From: Monocercomonoides exilis PA203
Lineage: Eukaryota; Protista; Preaxostyla
Length of the DNA stretch: 64,000 nt
Reading direction: 5' to 3'
Assembly (NCBI GenBank): GCA_001643675.2
Contig: LSRY02000014.1
Span: forward strand, 434,001 to 498,000
Positions 45,134-56,851 of this stretch are shown here, one piece after another (position 1 is the first letter of the stretch; each line of letters begins with the position of its first letter). The position numbers were made by a program, and so were the translations under genes. The notes under the pieces are model-generated. The model had not been told where the DNA came from. It saw nothing but the letters and a program-made list of their open reading frames with translations, and did not search any database.

Positions 45134-46540
45134 TTAAGAATCCTTGTTTCCATCATCATTCTCATTTGCTCTCTCTTCCACCATATCCTCCGATTGCTCG
45201 TCATCTTCTTTTTTTTCTATCATATCATCTTCAGCTTCTTCTCTTTCTTCTTCCCTTCGCTTTTCCACAACACTTTTTCGTGTTGAAGACTCTGTTACTT
45301 CTCTTTCTTTTCCTTCATCTTCTGAGTCACCATCTTTCCTTTCATACGCGTGACTAATTTCTCCTTCTAATCCTTTCTTTTCGTTCGCTTCGTTAAATTC
45401 ATTTTTATTTAAAGTGCTTTGCTTTGTTTCCTTGTTTTCCAAGTGTTTGCCTTCTTCTCTTTGTCTTTGCTTCCAAGTCAATTCGAATTCAATGTCGCGA
45501 GATGTGATTGTTGGTAGTGGTGACGGCTCAAATAACGAGGAAGAACCTGCAGAAGAGTCATCAGCTTCATCTGTTTTCTTCTGAATTCTTTGAAGAATCG
45601 TTTTGCGATTGGGAGAGTAAAGAATATGAGGCTCAGAAACAGTTTCCTTCATTTGTGATCTCATTTCTTGTTTGATCATATCTTGAAGTTTCTAAATCAC
45701 AAAGGAGTGCGTAATATCATAAAAAGAGCAAAAGGTTAAGAGTGGACAAAAATTAGAAGTGCAAATTTTGAATCAAATAAATTCATTTGTGAGCAATCAA
45801 TTTCAAACTTTTTCTTCCTTTTCGTACATGTCAATTCTTTCCATCCATTTAGCTTTTAACTCTTCAATTTCAGAAATTTTATGTCGTAATGATCCTATAT
45901 GCTCATTGTTCTCTTCAAGTATTTGCCTCATTTGCTTCAATTCAGCTTGACGTTCTAACTCTTTTCGTTTGGCTTCCTAAAATATGAAGTTTTTTGGTTA
46001 AATTTTCAAAACAGTTTTAAAAATAAGTATCAAACAATTTCTCTCTCTTTTTCTTGATCGCTCTTTGCTTTTTGTAAATGACCAAGAAGAAACCCAAACA
46101 TATTTCTTCCACGTTTCTGTTCACTTTCAGGTGCAGTAGCAGCAGCATTTGCTCTTTCAGATTTTTGTCGATGAGTTTCTCGAGATTCTTCTGATGATAA
46201 TTGCATTCTTTTTTCTTCAAACTGAGAAAAGTTATAAATAATAAAAACAGCAAAATTCTTCAAACATCTCCTTGTTTTTCATTTAAAATTTCTTTTGAAT
46301 CTTGAAGAGAAGAAGTATTCTCTTCAAGCATTCGTATTTCTTTGAGTTTATTTTCGTGAGTGCTAAAAAAATAAAAAAAATAAAATTGTTTCAAGGATAT
46401 CGAGATTATTTGCAAGTTTCGAGAGTAAAGTCACACTTTATTTCGTGCCTATACTTGACTATCTGAGCATCTGCATCATGAACAGCTCGGACTAACTGTC
46501 GAAGAGAACTTGAAATTCGACTTAGTTCTGATCGAAGCAT
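45134..46540 (-). CDS. PNN: Pinin/SDK/MemA-like splicing-associated protein, multi-exon
   Basis: One exon encodes EQKRGRNMFGFLLGHLQKAKSDQEKER (pinin RNRRMFGxLxGTLQKF-like) and a later exon has EPHILYSP. The tail is acidic. The putative ATG is at 46540 (MLRSELSRISSSLRQL...). Confidence 0.7.
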
Positions 46541-46752
46541 TGATAAAAATGTGGTTAAGATCCTAATTATTTCATAAAACTCTTCAAACTAACAAGCAAT
46601 TATAATTTATTTTATGAGGTGAATCAAAATTTTTTACGCATTGGTTTAGAAAAAACAAAAGAAAGAAAGCGAATTGAACAATGGAGAAATCCTAAACGCA
46701 TCTTTTAACAAAGCCCAAGTACAATAAAGCCAAATACATTTTGCCACTTCTT

Positions 46753-48322
46753 TTATTCGTCGTCATCGTCGTCTTCATCATCGTCATCCTCTTTTCCTTC
46801 CTCTTCTTCTTCTGCCAGCCTGAGTGCCTCCTCCTCTTCTTCTTCTCTATCAATTTCTTCATCATCACTTTCATCCCAGAATCCTTCAACTTCGTAATCA
46901 AGAAGCTCCTCAACCTCATCATAACCTGTGCCTTTGATCTCCTCTCTGTACTGCGGATACCACGTCGTTTTCACAAACGCTTGATACTCTTCAATGCAAT
47001 CTCCAATGAAAATATTATCAAAGATGGTTCCAGTTGTTCCCTGCCACGAATCAATCGCAACATATCTCAGTTTTTTGAATGCAAAGTCTTCTTTTGCTTC
47101 TTCCCAGGCTGGATTCATCTTCCTTGGTGTCTCCCATTTGCCTTTGTACTTCGGATTCGGAATCATCTTTGGCTTCCACAATCCCTTATAGCGAGGATTA
47201 GAGATCTCAGCTGGGATCCATTCACCATCAGCCTCGTCCCAATCTTTCGGCTTCTTTGAGGTTGGGTCGGGAATCGTTGGCGGTTGGTCCCAATCCTGCG
47301 GCTTTGTGTCTGTCTCATCCACAATAAATTCTCGCTCATCCCAATCGTCAGGCTTCTTGGCATTGCCAACTTCATACTAATAATTTATATCAATTAATTG
47401 AGAAGAGCAGAATAATGTTTATCATAATAAATTATTTAATGAAAAATGTAAATAATTATAATTCGTAAAAAAAAAAAAAAAAATAAAATAAATTCAAAAT
47501 ATAACGATGAATGCAGGAATAATTTTGAAAAATGCTGTTCATTTTAAAATTTTCACTTAACATACGTCTCTTGGAAGGAAATAATCCCACATGTCTTCGC
47601 AACGTCCCCTGCTCTCAACGTAATCGTCAATTTGAATTTCATAAGTCCAATCAGGGAACAAAACAAGAGTGTACAGGTGAGTATTTTTGTCATTTTTGCA
47701 TGTAATCACTTGCTTTGTTGGATAAATTTGATTTCCTCTTCTAAATACAAAATGAGTCTGTCCAGCATCGTGTGTAAGTTCAGGTCCGAAACACAAATAG
47801 CAAGTGTCATTTGCGCTCCAAGAGGATTGATTGAACCCCTCGGGGAAGAGCTTCAAAAAGGCTTGAGCGTGACTGTATGTATCCTCCAAAAAGTTTACCG
47901 TAAATGAAATGATCAAAAGCTTTCCATCTGGATTTATTGTGCGACCAATATCGCATGATAGTTGAAATTGTTTATCAACTCCGTGTGTCAGCAATCCGCG
48001 CGACCCCTCTTTATTTGCATAAACAGGAGGACTTTCATAAAGGAAATCGCCTTGCTTTCCTTCTCTTTCGTAGTAATGGGAATAAACCCATCTCTTCTTC
48101 CAGTATACTATAAGTTAAAAATGTAATATAACCCATTTGAGTGGATTACATTGTTTAAACAGAAAAACAAAGATATTAAGAAAGTTTAAATATTTGATGC
48201 AAAAGATTCAAAATCAATTCGTTAACTCGCAAAACAATGAAATAATTAAAAGTAATACAGTCAAATTCTTCGCGGAAGTATATTTCCGAAGAGACAAGGT
48301 CGAGCAAGAAAAGCAAAAACAT
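46753..48322 (-). CDS. CALR: Calreticulin-family ER chaperone (divergent), multi-exon
   Basis: Signal peptide plus EIYFREEFD. Globular-domain motifs FLKLFP, FGPE and THLYTLVLFPDWTYEIQIDD. P-domain repeats KKPDDWDE, IPDPTSKKPKDWDEADGEW and WKPKMIPNPKYKGKW. Then SWQGTTGTIFDNIFIGD and an acidic tail with no TM segment. Confidence 0.9.
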
Positions 48323-48529
48323 TTGATATAATTTAAGGTTTTGATCAATTGTTGCAGAAAATTTATTCATTAAACAAAGAAAAGATAATCAAAATTTTGG
48401 AATATATAAAGATTTACTTTTTCATGCAAAAGATTATGATCTAATCTTGAACATTTGATGAAAAAATTCATCTAAATAACTGTTCAAAAAGCTCTTTAAA
48501 ATTTACTCAGAAAAAAATTATCGTTTGTT

Positions 48530-51500
48530 CTATGTTTGGAGCTTTTTCCATTTAAGTTCAGATAATGGCCATACAACAGAATCGACAGGCTGAGTATAAA
48601 GGAAAGCTTTTTGGAAAAGTTTGGGCTTTGAAGAATAAAAGTCTGAACGCTTTTGATTTAGAAGAGCATTCATTGACAAATTTGGTAAAGGAATGAAAAG
48701 AGAATTTTGTTTATTTTCGCTTCCAAAACTCAGCTGTTTATCTGAAATATTCTATTGAAGAAGAATATTCAAGCAAATATTTGTGAATGAAAATGAAAGA
48801 AAAATGAATAAGATTTTTTTTTTTGAAAAAAAATACAAACCATTTTTGTAAAGCAATTCCATCCAGCAAAAGATAAAGTCGAACAAAATTTTGCAATAAG
48901 CGGCGGACAAACTCTCATTTCTGCGACTTGCTCAATGACTTTTTTCATTTGCTTGTTTGTTTTCTTGCCCCATCGCTTCAGTCTGTTCATAAGGCGAACA
49001 TTCATCACTGGATCATCAAAACAAGGGAGCATCTCAGCAAAGTCGCGAATAACACGAGAAGAAGGATCAATGAATGAAGAAGGGGCATAAATAGAAGATA
49101 ATGAAAGTTCTGTTGGATGCGATGCTTCAAAATTATCTGGGGTGGATATTCTGTCAATGAACTTAACGGAAGATGATGTTGGCATTATTGATGAAGATGA
49201 AGAGGAAGAGGAATAAACAGATGTAGTTGATGAAGAATTGATATCTGTTTGTGGAAAACGTAGTGTTGCTCTTTCATCTGGGTGGATAACAAAATGTGCA
49301 TTGGCTTCTGCATCAGCTATAAAATAATCAAATGAATTCCTTTCTGAAAATGGATTGCTAAGCAAATATTGGATATATCATCCAAATGAAATATTGGAAG
49401 ACGTTGAAGAGCAAAAAAGCATTTTCAAACAAGAAAAGAAAAAGAATACATAAAAATACAGTGGATAATCGAAGAAATGGAACAAACTAAAAATAACTAT
49501 TTTTGGCTGATAATGATTGCTCTTGTGATTTTTGTTGATTGTTCAGAAATTCTGATAAAGAAGACAAAATTGGCTTTTGAACATTTGCAGAATTTGACAG
49601 TTTCTGAGAAGATGCTGATTGAATAAAAGGAGAAAATAGGTTCCTGCTGAAATCCACATTATGCAGATGGGAAATATTGCAAGACAAAAGAAAAGAAGGA
49701 TCTTGTATTACAGAACTATTTCTTGTCATTGACAAAAATAATAATAAAATAGTTAACATATTATGAACAAAATGCATTTAACAAAAATTGAATTCAAAAA
49801 AGAATGGCAAACTGTTCGTCAACGCGCAGTTGCTCAAACACTCTTGTTGATAAAGACAATTGACCAATTGCTTTTTTTGATAATTCGCTTTGCGATTTTT
49901 CATATTTCATTGAGAAAGAAAAACTTTTATTTGAAGTGTTAATAGGCAACTGCTGATCATCTGACGCATCTTTTTCAGATAAATCTGATCTTTCTTGTTC
50001 CAAAACAGCATCATAATTCCGCCCTGTTTGTTCTTCTTCATCGTCCCCTTCAAAGAAAGATGCAAGCCTTCCTCCTTCTCTCCTCTCATGCGACGTTATC
50101 TTCCCTGTCTCCAGCAAATAGCGTTCCATGTCAGTCAGCTGGTTATCAAGCAGCTTCTTCTCCTTTCTTCTTTCTCTCTTTGCCACTAACTTTTGAATCG
50201 CTTTCAGTTCTTCTTCACTCAGCCCTTGCTCTTTTCCATCCTTCATCCTGCTTTTCAGCTCCTCCAGCGTCATTTCTGCAGCTTCTGCTTGCTTCAATTC
50301 TTCGCTTTCTTTCTTCCTCTTCATCGCCATCTTCCTCTCCGCCTCGTCCCACAGCTTTGCCTCTTCATCGCAGATCGCCCAGGGCTTTCTGACCCATTCT
50401 CCGAATATCTTCTTGTGCACTTTCGCTTCTTTGATCTGAGCTTTTATCGCTTCCACCACTTCCCTCTGACGCATCAATTCAGCTTGACCGTAACTGTTAA
50501 CTCCGGAAGAGGATATAAATTTTTCATTCCTAACTTCCTTTTTCATTTCGTCTTCTGCACAATATTCAACTTTTTCCGAGTCATCCTCTATTTCTGCTTC
50601 TTTAATGACATTCCTCGGAAATCGCATTTTTGCACCGACATATGCCTGCATGATTTCTGCGTCCATTTTCTGCCATTTTTCGATCATCTTTGTCTTTTTA
50701 GCTTCAGCCACGTTTGACTGCACAACACCATCGAGCGAATACTCCATGTCGATGCACACTTCTGCCTTGCGCTTTCCTGAAGGGCGCCACTCGACGATGT
50801 TTGACTCCAGCTGAGCGTCCAGACATGAAGATGCAGCGGATGCCAGCGAAGATTGCGACACTGTCTCAACTGAAGAAGAATGAGCGGATGTGTTGGCAGA
50901 AGAATATGACTGCTCGCAGCTGTGGGAAGCACAAACACCTGAAGAAGAATTTAGCAATGAATGATCTGGGGCTATCGCATCTAATGTGGAATGGTTTATT
51001 TTTGCTTGAAACGAACTGTTCAAATTTTCTGCATTCTGCTCCATTGTTTTATGTGAAAAAGTATTTTGCTCTTCATAAGGAGCAGATGTTGGATCGGGAA
51101 ATATAGCGTTAAAATCTCTGCTTTGCTCAGAATGTGACTTGATTACTCCCTTCTGCCTTTTTTCTTCAACAACCTTCGCATATCTCCTGCCAATATCAGC
51201 AAACATCTGAAAAATTGCAATCTCATCTGTAGATGAAGTGCTGTTTGATGCACTTGGATGGGCAAAAGTATTTTCAGTGCAACGGCAATCACCATGAGAG
51301 ATTGTACAAATTTCTCGTTTTTGTGCAGTATCTTTTCCTTTGTAATTTACGAAAGCTTGATTTGATAAATTCGAATCTTGAATTTGATTTTTGTTGGATT
51401 CGCTTGAAACGAAATTTTTCAACGGCGTTTTGTTGCACTGACACACATTTTTAACTTCGCGTGCTGCTTTTGAAGATGTAGGTATTGCATGCTTGCTTTG

Positions 51501-51938
51501 AAGAAACTCTGATTCCGGTTGAGTGATTGTTAAATTATCTCTAGCAATTGTAAAATTGAAACCTTGAGAAGAATTGGATTGTCCATTAAAATCATAATCA
51601 TCGACTTTTCTGTGGGAAAATGATGAAGGAGAGCAAGATCTTTGTTCGCTATGAATGTAAAAAGGAAGAGAAGTGGTTGTGGAAGTAAATTTTTCTGCAT
51701 TTGAAGCTAATGAAGACGAAGGAAATACAGAAAAAGAAGACGAGACAACCGAAAAAGAAGTTGGATTTGAAGCTGACTTTTTGAATTTTCTTTGAAAATC
51801 TGTTCCAATTTGAGTTTTGTGTTGATTATTCAAACTTATCCTTGAATGATTTTCAGACTGCTCAAAAGTTTTATAATACAAAAATAAAATAGAATAAACA
51901 TAAATGTAGTTTTGCTTACACTTAATAAAGATGAACAC
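48530..51938 (-). CDS. Uncharacterised multi-exon protein (Ser-rich plus charged coiled coil); possibly a C-terminal extension of the upstream PTP gene
   Basis: Co-oriented ORFs 49794..51938 (714 aa), 49487..49777 and 48769..49365 are separated by intron-like AT-rich gaps. The last exon ends ...WPLSELKWKKLQT* at 48530. No recognisable domain, and the 5' end is uncertain. Confidence 0.55.
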
Positions 51939-52142
51939 TCAATCATTTAAACTTAATGTTCTTTCAACAATTTCTTTGGTACAAATTTCATTGGAAAATG
52001 TTATGGTCTCATTTCACTCTCATTCGAAAATATTCTAAATAAAGCGTTGAGTTTTCATGTGTAAACCATTTTTGACATTTACGTATATATTCGATAAAAT
52101 AAATCTTTTATTTCAATTTTCAAATATTAATAAAGAAGATGT

Positions 52143-54504
52143 TTACTTGATTGTAAATGCATCAGGACAATTTGTCAGTAGGAAGCTTGATGGGAAAAAA
52201 GATTGACTTTCTTCTGTTCCATCTGAAAGAACACTTGAAGCAGCGGTGTGAGGAGATTGTTTGTCTGAAGATAATTGATTGATAGGAACAATTAAACTTT
52301 CCATAGGAAATATAATCGAATTAATTTCTTCAATCTCCAAAAGATATTTATTATAATGATGAGAATAAGGCAGCCATGAAGGAGCATAACGAGTGAGCCC
52401 AAGATACTAGTTCAAAAAATTCATTATTGCATATGTATAATCAGTGAAAAAATTTTTCATAAATAACAATACAATATTTTTTTAGAAATAAAAAAGCAAA
52501 CTTCTAAAAACTCATAAACAGCCGTATGTGCAAATAAATATTGCGAAAAAGACTGAATCATCTGAGGATTGCGAGCTCTGCGCATTTCTTCAGTTAGCTG
52601 ATATATCGAATCAAGAGAAGATGTTGCCTGACGAAGCAAACGGAGTTGCATTGAGTCTGTTTGAGGCTCAATGGATTGAATGTGAAGTGATTCAAGTTTT
52701 GATGTGGATGCATCCAAAGAAGTGGGATAAACAGATGCGGAAGGAGATGATAAAGGTGCTTCTGATGATAAATGCGCTAAATGAGAAGAACTTGATGAAG
52801 GCTCGTCTAATAAAGATGCAGGTGAAGATGATAAACGTGAAGGTGATGCTTCGTGACTCGTGTCTGAACTGCATGATTTTGTTTCTATTTCTTGGTTTGG
52901 CAAAACGATTAACGGTGCTGTTGGAAGTGAAGATGAATAAGGGGAGATTATTAATTTGTCGCTAAGCTTTGGATGTCGGATCGCAATTCGTGCTGATGTT
53001 CAGTAAATGTTGATTAATGAAACATAATAGCAGCAAATTGTAAATATTATAAAAGAAAAAAATTTCAAGGAAGTTGGAAAAAAAACTGATTCAAAAATAA
53101 ATAAACAAAAAGAAAAGAAAATGGCTAACAACAGAAACTTACAGAATTTTCTAGTAGAGACATCAAAAAAATGAGAGATACATTGGTTATCTACAAATTT
53201 TCAGCATACATGAAAATAGAATGTCAAAAAGTGGTGCGAGACAGAGATGAATAGCAACATATGTTCCTGTTCTGCCCACTCCAGCACTTAATAAAACAAA
53301 AATTTTCGATCACAAGTTACAAAATTGTAACATTTTTTTTTAATAAAATATTTTCAAATACAAATAGTTCATGAAGCAAAAGATATGACAAAGATAAAAA
53401 AAATTCAGAAAAATTAATTCAAAGGATAAAAATTACCTGCAATGAACAACAACAGGAGTTGTGAGCTGTTTGCTTAATTTATGTGTCATTAGCGCAGCAT
53501 GATAAATACTTAAACTTGAGAATGGAACTCCAAAATCGGGCCATCCATTCACATGTAAAAGATATACATTGTGCATTTCTCCGCTCTATTACACATAAGT
53601 TTAAAACGCAGATTCACATGAGAAGCAACGCATCAAATTTGCAGGATAATAATTTTTGTGAAGCATTCGAAAAGAAGTCAATGGAAATAAGGGGCATTTA
53701 AAAATTATCATAAATGTTTCATACGTCCTTATCCAATATTTCAAACTGAGACCAAACAATCCAAGGAATTGCTTCGTTTTTTGTTGCTTTTAAAGTGAGA
53801 ATATATGTTAGATAGCACATGAAAAATAAGAAGGGGAAAAAATAAATTGCATAAATGTTAATGTATATTAATTTAACAACAAACTGTTGTGATAACAACT
53901 GCAACATGGATGAGAGCTGTGAATGTGCCTCACTTTTAATTTTGAAAATTCTTTTGTTTTGTGATAGGCTGGCCAGTAGACATGGCATGTTCTCTCTTCA
54001 TCTTCTGTGCAAATAACTAGCTTAACAATTACACTAACTTTTTGCTGAAATATCATTGCCCAAAAGCGTTCAAATGAATTCGGAAGTGGTCCTTGAGATA
54101 AAATAAAGTGTTTTTTGTTATGCTGTTCAAAAAGTCTTGATTTAATAGGGTATTTTCCATGTTACAAACTAAATAATGACTTGCATTAATATAATCATTG
54201 GAAAATCCAGTTACTTTAACTCTATTTTCATCCCCTTTCAAGAAAAAAAAGTGAAAGATTCTTATTTAAGTTAAATATCAAACATGGAAAGATCGTATAT
54301 CTATTATAACATTCGTTCTCAAATGCAGCGTTTATATGTCCATTGTATTTAAGTGATTTTAGCAACTTTAAATCATTTTTGAAATCCAAAATAATAAAGT
54401 AATTATTTTTGTTACAATTAATAAATGTTTCCTACATCAAATTTTTCCTCTAAAACACTTGAATTTTTCGCAAATTGATGGGAATGACATGAGCGATTGC
54501 TCAT
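52143..54504 (-). CDS. Classical (class I Cys-based) protein tyrosine phosphatase, multi-exon
   Basis: Spliced motifs in canonical order: YNRY (~54310), DYINASH, CHVYWP, WPD loop GWPDFGVP (~53530-53550), active site VVVHC-S|AGVGRTGT split by an intron (~53287-53436), and Q-loop EMRRARNPQMIQSFSQYLF. The putative ATG is at 54504. The 3' end is uncertain (TAA at 52143, or splicing onward). Confidence 0.85.
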
Positions 54505-55308
54505 TTCAGTTTCTTTTGATAACAAAAAAATATTATAACATTTTGATCAAAAAATAACTTAAAAAAACACGTTATATGGAGTGAAATTCTTTCATTTATG
54601 AAAAAATAATAATAAATTCCAGACAGTTACCACATTATTATCAAAAAAAGTCTGACATTCTCATGAAAAAAAAAAAAAAAAGGAAAAGAAAAACACTCAG
54701 AAACATACTCGATGCATGATTTTAATTATTTGTTTCATTCAAAAAGAAATGAGTTTATTATTTTTTTTTTTTAAAAAAAAAAAAAGAATAAAAGAGCCAA
54801 CACAGTATTCATCATTCTTTTCTAAATTGGTTATGAAAACAAAACTTTTCTTTGGCAAATTTTCTGTGAAAAATTGCGCTTTCAATTGAGATAAGTATTA
54901 ATTTTTTCATTATTCCTCTCGAATTTAAACTACACACAATTGTCCAAAACGAAACACAAAAATATATTTGAAAAGAGATGGAAAATCATTAAAATAACAA
55001 GCATCGTTGATATTTCAAAAACAAAAATGTTTTTTGACTTTTATTGATTTTTGTTAACTTTCAGAAAATTTTTAGTTTTTCAAATTTTCGACTTTGGTTG
55101 AAAGTTTTTCGAATATGAATAAAACATGCGTCACACCTTGACAATTGACAGACAGAATTGGTTTCCTGACGGATCGAGAGATAATTTTCACTTTAGAACC
55201 TCAATTATGAAAACAATTAATTTCAACACAAATATTATAAAATATTAATTCAAAAAAGTGAAGAATGAAAATACGTTTTTCAAAAAAAATATTGACAAAT
55301 ACAGTTTG

Positions 55309-55653
55309 CGCAAAAAATACAGGACAAGATCGATTTCTCAATAACTTCAAGAGGAATAATTCTGTTAATTTTCCTCAAAATATATCTTATCAATACAAAC
55401 TCATTTAATACACACGACTTTCAAAACGGCATCATAATGCTCAGATATAAATTATTTTTAAAATCTCGGAGAAACTCAAAATCCTATTTCTCCAAGATTT
55501 TAAAAATAATTTATATTTGAGCATGAATGAAGATATTTTGAAAGTCGTGTGTATTAAATGAGTTTGTATTGATAAGATATATTTTGAGGAAAATTAACAG
55601 AATCATTCCTCTTGCAGTTATTGAGAAATCGATCTTGTCCGGTATTTTGTGCG
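55309..55653. repeat. Long near-perfect palindrome/foldback: ~166-bp arms with a 12-nt loop
   Basis: The left arm 55309-55474 is the reverse complement of 55487-55653, apart from a few substitutions and one short divergent patch (~55427-55436). The loop is ctcaaaatccta (55475-55486). A weaker extension reaches ~55281/55670. Confidence 0.92.
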
Positions 55654-56029
55654 ATGTCACTTATTTTTTGCAATTTCTGCATTTTTATCTATTTGTCTTT
55701 TTATCTTTTTATCTTTTTATCTTTTTTTTTTGTATTTTTAAATTTTTATATTTATATTTATATTTTTTATTTTTATTTTATTTTATTTTTGTGTGTGTGC
55801 GTGTGTGTTAACAATTCTTGAAAATGTTCATTTTTTTGTGAAAAATTTTATTAATTTCTAAACAAAAATTACACCTACGAAAACATGAGGTTTTTTCCTC
55901 TTGATTGCAAAAATTATTGTTTTGTTTTGAAAAATTATCATTTTGAATAACTTTTGGTGCAAAAATTGAAATGAAAAAATGGAAACATTAAAATAAACAA
56001 AAAATCACAAAATCTCAATGTGTAATAGA

Positions 56030-56124
56030 CAAAGCAAAGCAAAGAAAATCAAAGAAAAGAAAAGCAAAGCAAAGGAAAAACAAAAAACAAAAAAACAAAA
56101 AAACAAAAAACAAAAAACAAAAAA
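56030..56124 (+). repeat. A-rich simple repeats (AAAGC)n then (CAAAAAA)n
   Basis: Tandem units are directly visible. (TTTTAT)-like and (GT)n tracts also occur at ~55680-55808. Confidence 0.8.
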
Positions 56125-56851
56125 CTCTGATTATTAATTGTATTATAAAAGCTGAAAAAGCTGAATTAAGGGCTGAAAGACATTCAGAACTTTTAAACAG
56201 TCGACTAATAAAAACAAAAACGTGTCAATAAAAATAAATGCTTCATTTAATATCAAATATACATACAAAAATGATAAAAGTTTTTAGCACGTCACATGGA
56301 AGAAAAAATAAATCATAATGTAAATACATACAAAAAGAAAGCGTTTTTGCACAAAATGCAAACAAAGTCTCAACAATATAATCACATTCAATTAACAATA
56401 CAAAACCACGAAATATATATGTATAAAGCTTCTTTTAAACAATAAACATAAATTTTAATTTTAATCTCAAACTTATTAATAAAAATATTAAAGCAACTTC
56501 TTTTAATATTGAAAACATAGAAATGATCTTTTGATCTAAATAAGAAATAAACATTACAACAAAATAAGTCTCTGTAAAAATTGATGGGTATCTTCCATTG
56601 ACAAATATTAAACCAATTCAAATTTCAAGAAATGCTGTTTTTGCAATTTCTTGTATCTGATTATCAAAAATAATTCTTGCGCTGCTGTCTATTACATTAC
56701 CTTTGTTGCAAACTCCATTTTTAGGATCTCCACCAAATATGGTTGAATTTAACTCTTGCAATAGAATGTCTTTGTGAAGTAATTTTCGAATAGCATCATC
56801 AATTTTGAAATCAGAATACTCCAATAATCAAACATTCTCTCTCTTTTTTTT

